From NCBI RefSeq assembly GCF_036321535.1, contig NC_087436.1, positions 64,420,001 to 64,484,000 of the forward strand: a DNA stretch of 64,000 nt. Direction: 5' to 3'. This document shows positions 53,130 through 64,000 of this stretch, piece by piece. The position numbers and the translations under genes are program-made. The DNA is from Camelus dromedarius. Taxonomy: Eukaryota. Position 1 is the stretch's first letter. Each line of letters starts with the position of its first letter. The notes beneath the pieces are model-generated. The model ran no database searches and was not told the origin of the DNA. It saw only the letters and a list, made by a program, of their open reading frames with translations.

Positions 53130-53634
53130 GTTACAGGAGGAAAAATATTTTTCCTACTACCCTTGTAGTTTGTCTGGCTGGGGCCCTGCACACTGGATTG
53201 ACAAAAGACAGAAATAAGAGAACAATATACAAATTGATGTTAAGTTCTACGTGACATGGGAGATTTCATAAGGAAATGAAGACCATATGAAATGGTTAAA
53301 CCTGTGTGTTTTTATCTGAAGTTTGATAAAGAATAGGAAGTTGTGGGAAAACATGAGAGGACACAGGGTATGTGTGAAAGCTGGTAAATGGGAGAAACTT
53401 AGACCTGTTCTTTAGGATTCCTCTCAGCATCCCTCTGTCTTCAGAAATGAGGACACTCCTTTCTTTTGGGTTTAGGGAGAACATGTCTCACAAAAAGATT
53501 TTATGACCTATTTCAATGGATAAGAGGAAGATCAGAGAGTCCTTCCTGCACCTGCTGTTTTTCACATTCCTTCAGCTTAAAATATTTAATATGCCAAGGC
53601 ACTGTATTCTGGTATCATATTCTGATCCCCTTCA
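53130..53634 (-). mobile_element. ERV1 solo LTR, MER34-like
   Basis: Right end ccttcagcttaaaatatttaatatgccaagg...catattctgatccccttca is the reverse of the MER34-type 5' end; left end ggaggaaaaatatttttcc. Confidence 0.8.
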
Positions 53635-55419
53635 TGGGCCATACAGTTACATAGCTGATATCACTATGTGAACATACTTGCCACCTATTTAAATTCAAGA
53701 GATGGCTGCCACCTGCACGGAGGCAAATGATTTTTGGCTCCTTTTGTTCTTGATGTAGCACTCTCTGTATACACTTATTTCTGTGTTTATGCATTGAAAT
53801 TTGCTGGTTTAAAATTAAACTTGCCCTTTTTGACAAAAGATGACTATCATATTCTTTCAAGATTGTCTATCCATTAAACCCAGGTTTCTGAGTTACGTAA
53901 CACCCAGATATATGGAAAACGATGAGCACTCATATTGCAGCTACTTCCAAGTACCTTGCTCATTAAAAAGTGATTATATATACATGTGATGATAAGACCA
54001 TATTATTATTTTAGTATGTAAGTGTGAATGCGTATTACTGTATTACTAGCTTGATTTTGGAGCTACTTGTACATTAATAAATATCCTGTCATTTTATATT
54101 AATTATACAAGTAGTAAATTTTCATTTGCTCATTTCCTCCAATGAGGAAACATTTTGGAGCCAATTATGCTAGTATGAGCATTGAGTGTACTCATTTTTT
54201 TCTATATGTTCTTCCTCCATCTAGAAATTAGTTCTTATTAACTCACCATTATGTTCATTAAGTTGATAAATCAGCACGTATTTATTGTGTACCCAGTGCT
54301 CACTAAAGCATACATTTTGTTGCCTTTAAATTGCTTCTAAATATTTCAGGTTGCTTGCTAATTTATTGTGTTAAATTGATTGACCTTGATCAGCTTCTAG
54401 GTTTAAACTGTGTTCTCTCAGAATCTTAAAAGTTGCAAGGGTCCACTTTTCCATATGTAAGTTAGTAAATGAAAATACATGAGTTAAAATTGCAAGCATT
54501 GCTCATCCTTTCATAATCTCTATTCAAGAATTTGGGACTACTTTTAAATATCCTGAACTACAGATGTTTTGTTAAAATAACTTTCTATGCTGTGTTTTAA
54601 AAGGTCGAGAAATAAGACCCCAAAAATGAACAATGAATTTTACATAGGAAGTATTTTAATAGTTTTGTATAATGAAGGTCTATTTAATCACATTTTCTCC
54701 TATCAAAATAGGAAGGGCTATCCAAATACTAAGTTTAAATGAATGTTATCATGTAAAGTAGTAGAAAAGAATCATTATTTCTGCTGATGCCCTACTTGTC
54801 AGCTGGATCTTTGCTGCTTGTGAACTTAGGGTATGTGAGCTAAGTGATTTCTCTTTCTCTTTCTCCATTCCCTGGATTGACATGAGAATAGACAGAATCA
54901 GCCACAACAAGTTCCATTTTTCTCCTTTCCAGTGCCGCAGTAGGAGTTCTGTGGAACGTGTAAATTTTAGACCCCTAGCTACAATTCTTTTCTGAACTTT
55001 ACGCTCTCAGCTGCATGTAACTGGAAAGGACGTTGCAGAAATAAGCTAGTAATGTTACAGAAGTAAAAAAAGAGAGAGAGAGGGAGAAGAGAAAAACTCC
55101 TATGTAAAAAATTATGAGAGTAACAATATCGTTTCTTGTATCCAGTATTAAATGACTGCTAAATAAATGTAAAACTTAATATTATGAGAAAATAAAAGTT
55201 AAAGATTAAGGTCTAGGTACTGTTTTGTTTATGTGCATGCATACACACACACACACACTCACTCAGCATATGCCTCTGGCGCACATATAACATCACCTTA
55301 GCTCAACTCTGATTTTACCCAGACTGAAGTGAACTATTTTATGGGCATTCAGGCCTTCCTCAGTTACCTCATTCTCACCTCTAATGCCTTCCATTTGTCT
55401 TTTAGCATTCTGCCTTAAG

Positions 55420-56231
55420 AACTTCCCCATGGCCAGAAGCTTGTTTGGCTGACAGCCAGCCATTCACTTGCATGCAGGGGAGTTCTCCTGGTGAAGATTG
55501 TCCTCAAACACTGGGGAGGAAGGGCCTGTGTGTTGTAAACTGAAATAAAATCACACGAAGTGAGAGTTGCGGGTTAAGTTTTACTTGGGGCAAAATGAGG
55601 ACTATAACCCAGGAGACAGCATCTCAGATAGGCCTGAGGAACTGCTCCAAAGAGGTGGAGGGGAACTCATTATTATCTATGATTTTAGTGAAGGGGGGCG
55701 TGCAGTCGAGCACACATTTAGACAGAGGCTTGCTGCTAGTCACAAGGAGCAGATGTCACTGTTTATGATTTGAGTGCTTTTCTAGGTATGAGGAGAGGCA
55801 AGAATTTGGGCTCACAAAATCTCCTGAAAATATCTAACTATCTGAATTCTGCCAGTGTTCCCAGAGCACAGAGTGCTTCATTCCTGATCTCCACCCTGAA
55901 CTCCTTTCAGGGAATGTTGGAGGTCAGTGGCTGCAGCGGCTCATGATTTAATCCAAGCAGAGGCAGATGGCAAGTGCCAATTTTTAGTTAGCAGTATCAT
56001 TACCCCAGATTTATATTTCTTAGAGGATTATCTCAAGGATCTGGGCAGCATTTGGTCTTCCCTGCCAACGGTGGCAATGGTAATAATAATGCATATTGTG
56101 ACTTTTCTTCCTTTTTAGTTTCTCTCTCTCTGTTCCTTCACACTTTTTTTTTCCTGGGATTACCTCCCAAATAAAATACCTACATCAGAGTTATTTCAGG
56201 CTCCGCTTTCCCAGGATCCCAAACTAGGACA
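55420..56231 (+). mobile_element. ERVL solo LTR, LTR16-like, split by a younger LTR
   Basis: 3' end ttcctgggattacctcccaaataaaatacctac...tcaggctccgctttcccaggatcccaaactaggaca; 5' boundary uncertain. Confidence 0.7.
55534..55993 (-). mobile_element. Younger cetartiodactyl-type ERV1-like solo LTR
   Basis: TG..CA termini; gagagttgcgggttaagttttacttggggcaaaatgaggactataacccaggagacagcatctcagata; several CpGs retained; 4-bp flanks gtgt/gtat. Confidence 0.82.
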
Positions 56232-58659
56232 CTATACCACATATGAATGTTTTAATTTATTATGTTTGAGTAACTAAAAGCATTTGTAGCCGTCATCAAT
56301 CAATAAATATCTACCGTTATTTAATTATTTAGTCGTGTTATAAAAAATATTACATAGCATTCTGTAAATCTGATTTGACAAAATGTTAATCATCTTACCA
56401 CCTCTTTTAACATTTAGCCTATTATCTACCTTCTTGGAAAGTAGCTGTAATCTTGTTAGTGAAGTAGGATTTACATGTGTGCAACAATTGTCGGTTTACT
56501 GAATTTCTTGTTAACATGCTAATTGGAGTGATGTCTTATTCCGGATCTCCCCAAATGATCAGTTTCAGCAAAACTTTCTTCCTAAGTCTTATCTTTCGAA
56601 AGCAGGCCTCTTGAAAGCTGTAATTCACATAGAAGTTGTTGAAAACTTATGAAAGAGGCGGGATTTCAGCCAGTCTTAGATAAATGTATTGGAGATTGTG
56701 AAAGTCAGTATTAAATTATAATTGGTATGTGCAAGGGCACAGTTATAGGAGAATTCCGAAAGAGGTGGATTGGGAGAGAGTGGCCCTACAACCAGCTTGC
56801 TTTTTCTTGTGTGAAAAGGGAAGTTTGTGTGCAAGAAAATAGTATGTGAGAGTGAAAGTAAGGCATTATTTCGCATACAGCTTTTCAGAAGAAAATCAAA
56901 CATGTCATAATAAAAATTCTGGCATTTGTCTACTAAGACATATTTTGTACTTGTGGTAGATGCATGAAAGATGTAGTATAGCTCTCTTACAGCTATGGCA
57001 TGATCTGATTTAATAAACATCAATATTTTTCTTCCATTGTGTTGCCATAACCAAAGATAAAGTGATTGCCACATAGGACTGGGAGAAAACTGGTTGTGTT
57101 CTCTGTGAGCTTCTATTCTGGCTGTTGCATGCTTGACCAGTTGGTGAGAATGGCTCTAGGGGATTGACTGCATAAGCTGTATTCATAACTATCTTCTGTG
57201 GGAGGTAAGGGACTGGAACAAGGAAAGAATTTGTCCTCAAAGTAAAAAATCTTTTTCTCTACAGTACTGTCAAGAAAAGTACTGACTATTTCCAACATTT
57301 TCTTTAGCCTTCAATTATCAGTTTAAGAATTTTGGACTAAATTTGCTTTAATTTGATTTTTATTTGTCCTAACGTAAATAAACTAGGATTGTTAGTAAGC
57401 TACTTCTCTGGTGACAAAGTTAAGAAAAACATCAAACTAAGGTTATAAAATTCAGTCAGTTAACTTAAGCTATCTTGCCTCTTTTCTATACTGAAGAATT
57501 GTATGGCGCTGGAAACAATAGAAAGAATCTTTGAAGTCTTAATATACCCCTCATTGACCCTTTTTCTATATATTTCCAAGTGCATATGAGAAAAATAGAC
57601 CTGGTCTTATTAAACTGCCATTTATTAACATTAACGAAGTAGCATTGCTGCCATGGACAAAAAAGGAAAAATAACCTATTTTTCTGCCTTCTTGAAGTTT
57701 GCAAGATAAATATGTACTGATTCTAAATGAAAGGGAACATCAGTAAACTACACAGATTTATTGAGTTAGCTTGTAGCAAAATGAGCTTGCTCCATTTTCA
57801 CATACTTTTTCTGGTAGTGAATGTTTTAATCTATTGATGCCATGGAGAAATGCTACATTAGCTATAAAACAGAAAAAGAGCACTGCTCAGTGACAGGACC
57901 AATAATATGTATAGTGCAGCAAATACTTTGTAAGATTTTAATGGCCCTGACTTAAAAAGACAATATATAGTTTACGAGGCTGAGGGAGAAGATTCATGAA
58001 AGACTGCTGAATTCTGCAAATGCATAAACTTAACTTTGACAAGAAATTAGGACATTAGTTTTACAGTAATAAAAGATCCTATTGTGATTCCAAAAAAAAA
58101 AAAAAAAATCCATTCTCATAGCACTCCTGCATGCCAGATTATTATACCCCATTCTCTCTATTGTAGTGTAAGCATTTGACTATTAGTTCTGTTGTTAAGG
58201 AGTTGTAATTTTCTATCACAAATCTCTCCTTTTTAAAATTGGTAGGCACAGTAGAGCATAGAACCCATGGCCTAATGACTCTATGCCACATGCGTAGCAA
58301 GTGAACTGATGCTAAGAGAAGATTTGTGAATTAAGATGCTATTGGTTGTGAATAGGAAATATCCACTTGAGAAATCTAAAAATCTAAACCTTATCACACA
58401 CTGTCTCTGCAAATGTATATGTCATTTATTTGAAAGTAGATATCAGATTCTGTAGACTACATAGTTTTTTATATAAGTGGCAAATCAGCCAACATTCACA
58501 ACTTGAGATTTTATTTAAAACATAATTTGAATCTATTTTTCAAATGTATTGACATTTAAAATGGGGCATCAAACTGTGGTGTTACTATATGTTCTGGGTG
58601 AGAAAAAAATTAGTCACTATAAACTGACAAGTAAAATCTTCTTGAGAAACTATGTAGAC

Positions 58660-58895
58660 CATCTGATGAGCATAAACTTTAGAGCCAGGTTGTTGTCTTT
58701 TACCAAATCCTAGCTCTGTTTCTTACTAAATTTGTGACCTTAAGCAAGTAACTTAATTTCACCTCCTTACATTTTTCTTAATCTGTAATATGGTGATAAT
58801 ATGCTTACCTTAAAGAGTTGTCTTGATAATTAAATGAGTTAGTAGTAAGGGTTTCCAAGCAGTAAACATTCAGTAACTGCTAGCTATTGTTGCTA
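58660..58895 (+). mobile_element. MIR SINE
   Basis: aaatcctagctctg...tgtgaccttaagcaagtaacttaa...atctgtaatatggtgataat...aattaaatgagtta. Confidence 0.82.
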
Positions 58896-59239
58896 TAAAT
58901 GCTTCTTGTTTCAAAATTATGCATTTATTGTCAGGTGTTAAAATGCCAAAAATGCAAGTTATTTTGTTTTAAATGTTTATTATTTTTAATTGTAGCATGA
59001 TGTAACAGAATATAGTAGTTTTTAAAAAGTAATTAGATATTAACCTAAACTGTCTAGTGGGTTTTTTAATTAAGTATTGTATGCAAAAAAATGTTTACTT
59101 CAGCATAGCAAGTATGCAATCCACATACATATATCATTAAAAATTTTTTGCCTTTTATTTTGCCTTTGGTAATATGAATAAAGTTATACCACTTATTTAA
59201 GAGCATCAAAGATAGAGACCCTTTATGCTGATTTAACAA

Positions 59240-59355
59240 ATTCAAAATATTCTCAACTAGCTTTTATATTCCAGGCACTGTTCTAGTTGCTGGGACACAG
59301 GGGCAAATAAAATGGAGAGGGTCCTTGGATATATACAGCTAACTTCCTAGTAGAT
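59240..59355 (-). mobile_element. L2 3' end
   Basis: ccaggcactgttctagttgctgggacacagggg. Confidence 0.65.
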
Positions 59356-60929
59356 TAATAGAGTGTGTCATAATATGGGGGCTTCTGAGAAACTATAGTT
59401 TCTACCTGAAATTTATTTGGTCTTTAGTGGTGTATTTTTTTTTCATCTTACATGGTAGATGTAATAATAATACATATATAGCATTTACAGTTATACCTAT
59501 AAACATGAAATTAAAAATTTAAATGAATACCATCTACAGTGAGTTTACTAGATATCAACTGCTTTTTTGTCTACATTAAGTTTTTTTATTAAAGAGTGAG
59601 AAAATTATACATAATAATGTTATATTGTTGATAGTTCCTTCCTCAGTGCTCTAACCAGTAAATTCATTTTTATGATCCTTCTACTAACAGAGCTTTTAAG
59701 GCAAAACTGATTAACAAACAGTTGGAGGCTAGTTAGTTTAAATAGACTGTAAAGCATGTTGCTAGTGGTCCTCTAGAGCAAAGAATAATGTGGTCATTTG
59801 TTTCATTCTCTAAAACTTGTTTTTCCTCTAATTTGATACATTTTACTAAAACAAACAAAAAATACATTTGGTGAATTACTGAGCAGATGTTGGCTGAGTA
59901 TTATAAAGAATGGAAAGGGAAGCACAATTTATGTTGTTTGTTTTAAATTAATTTTAAATTTAATATCTCAGCTTTGGATGTTGTTCCACATTATATACAT
60001 TTGAAGGGCTGCCTGCTTGTTATTTCCTTTCTCAGCTTTCACCTAGCTAATTTACAGTCATCTTTTAAGGAATATTTATTCCTTCTGTCACTGTCTCTCA
60101 AAGGAAGAACATAAATTCACAGGGAAAAGAGATAGGGAAGAATATGCTCCTGTTCTTATATCAAATAGTCTGACATTGCAGAGCTAGACTCCATTCTGAA
60201 TGCCTTCAACTGCAAATGAGGAAAAAGTAGGAACTATTCACTCTGCAATTTACTATGTTTGGCCAGGCCAGTGGAATCTTGCTACTGAATTGTCACAGAC
60301 AGGCTATGATGGACACTGAAGGATTAAAGAAGAAACAGGAGACTCCCTACTTCTACCATTTACTCTAAGATTCATAATTAACAAAACATGTGTGTTTCCT
60401 TCAAGTAGGAAAAAAAGTAGCAAATAGTTTATGTTTGCCACCTTTATTTTGGTGTACTTAATTCTGTTACCCCTGCCTTTCTTCCAAACCGTGTCAGACA
60501 TTATGGACTTAAGTCACATGCTGCCTCCTGCCTTTACAGTTGACCAGTACAGGCATTGTAAGCCTAAAATGTGACACTGCCCAAAAGGTGTCAAAAAAGA
60601 AAGTCTCTTGTCTGAAAAGAGATTGTAAGTAGATGACTCTGAAAAGAGATTCTTTAGCAAAATTCAGTGTAAAGCTTTTTTCAAGGTAAGTTATTCCTAG
60701 TTATTAGTACTAACTTTGCAAAGTTTTGTTTGTTGAAATCAGGCTATCAAATCACTTTCTATATCTGATAAATATAACTTAGTGGATAAAGCACTGTCAA
60801 GATTTGGAAAGTAATAGGGGTAGCTGAGAACTATTCCTCTCTCAGTTGATGCGATTATTCCACAATAGTAGCTTGCACTTGAAAGATAGTGTCTACCACT
60901 TGTGTCCTTGTGTCAGAGGGCTGGCACTG

Positions 60930-61120
60930 GATGTGGGTCTTCCACTTCATATTTATTTAGCTTTTCTTTATCTAGTTTCCTTCTTTGTAATATCAAAATA
61001 ATAATATTGTCTACTTCATAATGCTAATGTGAGTATTATGTGGATAAAATGTGTAAATTATTTTAAACAGTAGACCAGCTAGTAATTAGTAAGCACTCAA
61101 AAAATATTAGTTATCCTCCT
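60930..61120 (+). mobile_element. MIR SINE
   Basis: agtttccttctttgtaatatcaaaataataatattgtctacttcata...agtaagcactcaaaaaatattagtta. Confidence 0.7.
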
Positions 61121-61151
61121 TATTTTCATCATCATCACCTTCTTGTTTGCC

Positions 61152-61790
61152 AGAGAGCATAGCATTGAGGTTAAGAGTACAGGCTCAGAAGTTCAAATAC
61201 CAGTGTTACCAAGTCCAAACTTGTTCTGCTTGCCACACGGCAGGCCAAATAATCGGGAGACCAGGTGTTGGGGCAAGGAATAGCGACTTTATTCAGAGAG
61301 CCGGCAGACTGAGAGGATGGCAGACTAATGTCTTGGAGAACCATCCTCCCCCAGTCAGAATATAGGCTCCTTTTATACAAAAAAAGAGGGAGTGCGGTTG
61401 GTTGTTGTAAACTTCTTGGTGTATGAATTCTTTGTTCTTGTAGCTGTCCACGTGGGCCAGCTCATGGTGCTCCTGCAAAACCTCCAACAAAACAAATGTT
61501 ACTCTCTATTCTGCAACTTGTTATCTTTACATGAGTGTAGAGCTAGCAAGACTAAGCCTAGAAAACAGGGCACAGGGTTAAAGCCAAAGGAACAGATCTA
61601 ATATGGAGTCATATTTGTTCTTTTCTATGATAGCAACTCTGCCAATTGCTAATTCTATGACCTCAGAACTCCTCACCTATATAACAGCAACAACATTCTC
61701 AACAGGATTATTGTGAGGTTTAAATAAGATAATACAGATAAAGTACTGGGCAAATAGACTGACATAGTAAATAAACAAATAAACAAACAA
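61152..61790 (+). mobile_element. MIR split by an LTR (head about 61152-61203, remainder about 61633-61790)
   Basis: agcatagcattgaggttaagagtacaggctc before the LTR; ctctgcca...ggattattgtgaggtttaaataagataata after it. Confidence 0.72.
61204..61632 (-). mobile_element. Younger cetartiodactyl-type ERV1-like solo LTR
   Basis: tgttaccaagtccaaacttgttctg...tgttggggcaaggaatagcgactttattcag (AATAAA on the minus strand)...taatatggagtca; relatively CpG-rich. Confidence 0.8.
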
Positions 61791-62226
61791 ACCAGACTAA
61801 AAGCTAAATAAACTGGACTAAAAATAAGTTGTAATATGGTTTAAGGAGAAATTCCACAGCAATTACAAAATCTTACTTAGCAATTGATTGTAGAAGAAAT
61901 ATTTTGCAGTGTACGATTGTATAAGTAGATAGTGAGAGTTATAATGGACTCCATTATACAGAGATAAGAGGTGGTACCTAAGGAAGATTTTTATGTGCCT
62001 CTTTAGCAGCAGTACTTTGCCATCTGTAAGATTTGTCCCCTTCTCCTTTGTTCACATCATTGAACAAGCCATACCAAGTTCACATTTGGAGCCATTTGCC
62101 AGTGATTTTAAAAGCATGTCAGTGCCAACATTTATTGACCAGCAGTTATAACAAGACATTGAGATAAAACCTGATAATCCCTGAGTGAATGATACAGAGT
62201 CCCCTGCCTTCAAGAATCCGTCAGTA

Positions 62227-62401
62227 TAGTTGGCATTTGAACAACTTGAGGGTTAATCTGAATATCACTTATAGTTGGCCCTCTGTATGCACAGATTCAA
62301 CCAACCACAAACCATATAATACTGTAGTACTTACTATTGAAAAATATCCATGTATAAGTGGACCTGCATCATTCAAACTCACGTTGTTCAAGGGTCAACT
62401 G
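62227..62401 (-). mobile_element. Tigger2-derived TcMar MITE
   Basis: Terminal inverted repeats tagttggcatttgaacaac / gttgttcaagggtcaactg; flanked by TA and TG; internal gaaaaatatccatgtataagtggacctgca. Confidence 0.85.
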
Positions 62402-62429
62402 TGCTTCCAGAAGATAGAAGGTAAAAAAG

Positions 62430-62464
62430 CAAAACAAAACAACAACAACAACAACAACAAAAAC
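62430..62464. repeat. (AAAAC)n/(AAC)n microsatellite
   Basis: Directly visible. Confidence 0.9.
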
Positions 62465-62515
62465 CAAGGGCCGAGAGAATAATAAATGAGACGGTATGAG
62501 TGGAATAAACTGGAA

Positions 62516-62793
62516 TAGATATTGGCAAACTATGGCCAAAGGATAAACATCCAGTGCATCATTTTTTTACTGGCCCATAAGCCAAGAATATCTTTCACAT
62601 TTTTAAAGAATTGTTTAAAAAGAGAAGAAGAAGAAGGAGAAGGAGGAGAAGGGAAAGGGAGAGGAAGAGGAAGAGGGTGGGGGAAGGCGAAAGGGAAGGG
62701 GAAGAAGATAGCTATGTGACAAGGTTTGTATGTGGCACACAAAACCAAAATTATTTACTGTCTGGCCCTTTGCAGAAAGTTTGTCAATTCCCA
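62516..62793 (+). mobile_element. MER58C-like hAT-Charlie MITE with internal purine expansion
   Basis: ttggcaaactatggcc...tatttactgtctggccctttgcagaaagtttgtcaattccca; 8-bp flanks aactggaa (62508-62515) and aactagaa (62794-62801). Confidence 0.85.
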
Positions 62794-63599
62794 AACTAGA
62801 ACATTATGGAAACCTCTCCCCTATAACTATGTTAAAGTTATACACTTTTCAATATGGGGCTAGAAAATAAAGTAGTATTCATGAAGGAATATGTTAGAAC
62901 CTAAAGACAGAGTTTGGATTAACTAGGGGATGAGGTATGAGGTTCTGAGCAGGCTACAGAGTGAGTAAAAGTTGAGAAATAAATATAGATGTGGAGTATA
63001 TAAAGTAAAATAAGTAAACCACTGTGAAGAATATGGTTAGCATATAGGATCAGTAAGATACAAAATTAGAAAAGAACATTATAAAAAACACATTCTTGGA
63101 AAATTATAGCAATGAACATAAAGACCTGAAATTTATTCAGATAAATTGGTATTAACATCCTAATTTTATCGAACACCAAAAGCTAAATGAGTAAAGATCT
63201 TATATCCACTTTTCAAGAGATTCAATTGACATGTATGTGATATATTTGGTGTGTATTTTCAAACTAAAGAATTCTGTAAATAATTTTGTTTTTTAATAGT
63301 TCTAGAAATCATATTTATATTATTAACCATGCTATTACTGAATACAAAATATTTTCCTCTCTTTGGCTAGTGAATCTAGTCCAAGTTGGTTGGGGTATTT
63401 GGAAGAGTTCTACAAAGTGCCCGAGTATGCAGTAGCTCCTCAGATTCCTTAAGCTCTTCCTCAGAATGTTTTCTTCTTTCCATACTGAATGTCACCATGG
63501 ATTTTGTTGTCCCATTCTCTTACACCACGTGATAATAAAAACTTAATTCTAAGAGTAATTCACAAGGTCCTAAGAGCTCTAGTGAAGACTGAACGAACA

Positions 63600-63735
63600 G
63601 TATTTAGTCAAAGTAACTTGACTTCTTTCAGCTTCTCTTGTTTTCTCATCAATAAAATTAGGATAACCATCCCTGCCCTTACAGTGTATACAATTGTGAC
63701 TCAAAAAGTATTGCATCACCTAATAATTTGTTTTT
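63600..63735 (+). mobile_element. MIR fragment
   Basis: aagtaacttgacttctttcagcttctcttgttttctcatcaataaaattaggataac. Confidence 0.6.
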
Positions 63736-64000
63736 AATACTGTTAAGGGTTAAAAAGTAAACTGTGGTTTGAGGCTAATATCCTAATTCTCTGTTTTCAT
63801 TTTTCTTATCTGTAAAATATTGGCTGGAATTAAATATCTAAAAAAAAAAAAAAACTTTCAGCCCCTGAACCCTGGAAATATTAATTATAAGGTATTGACT
63901 AAATATTTGGAACTAGATCTAGATTCATTTTGAATGTCTTATTTTTGCAATATCCAGAGCTGGACCCATAGACTCTAGTCACAGGCATCAGTCAAAAATA

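Larger units (their letters stand above)
23736..64000 (+). other. ADGRL3: 5' part of the long ADGRL3 intron downstream of the exon (phase 1)
   Basis: Starts GTATGT; neither the KVEQK microexon nor the VFLCPG/olfactomedin exon was found within the window. Confidence 0.82.

Noticed and set aside
56676..57298. Overlapping minus-strand ORFs up to 132 aa
   Set aside because: No recognisable homology and no coherent exon structure.
55567..61601. ORFs within the LTRs as possible retroviral genes
   Set aside because: Solo LTRs only; no gag/pol/env motifs seen.
62522..62799. Arg/Gly/Glu- and Pro-rich ORFs
   Set aside because: Artefacts of the purine expansion in MER58.
1..64000. CRISPR arrays, operons, intact tRNA/rRNA genes or a novel multi-gene system
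   Set aside because: Mammalian intron; no repeat-spacer array, long ORF or intact structured RNA gene recognised.

Overview
AT-rich, CpG-poor mammalian genomic DNA lying inside two long introns of ADGRL3 (latrophilin-3/LPHN3), transcribed on the + strand. The only coding sequence I can support is a 110-nt internal exon (23626-23735) encoding the C-terminal part of the rhamnose-binding-lectin (SUEL) domain, [36 protein letters not shown]. The rest is intron carrying old repeats (MIR, L2, L1M, MLT1, LTR16, MER34, MER58, MER102, MER44, Tigger2-type MITE), a few younger cetartiodactyl-type insertions (a truncated L1 with target-site duplication, two ERV1-like solo LTRs) and microsatellites. The repeat spectrum suggests a cetartiodactyl, possibly a camelid. 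I found no evidence for a novel coding system; the supplied ORFs look spurious. The best leads are non-coding: candidate cryptic exons, neural transcription-factor motifs and repeat-evolution patterns. Repeat family names come from my recall of consensus sequences, and boundaries of old repeats are approximate.
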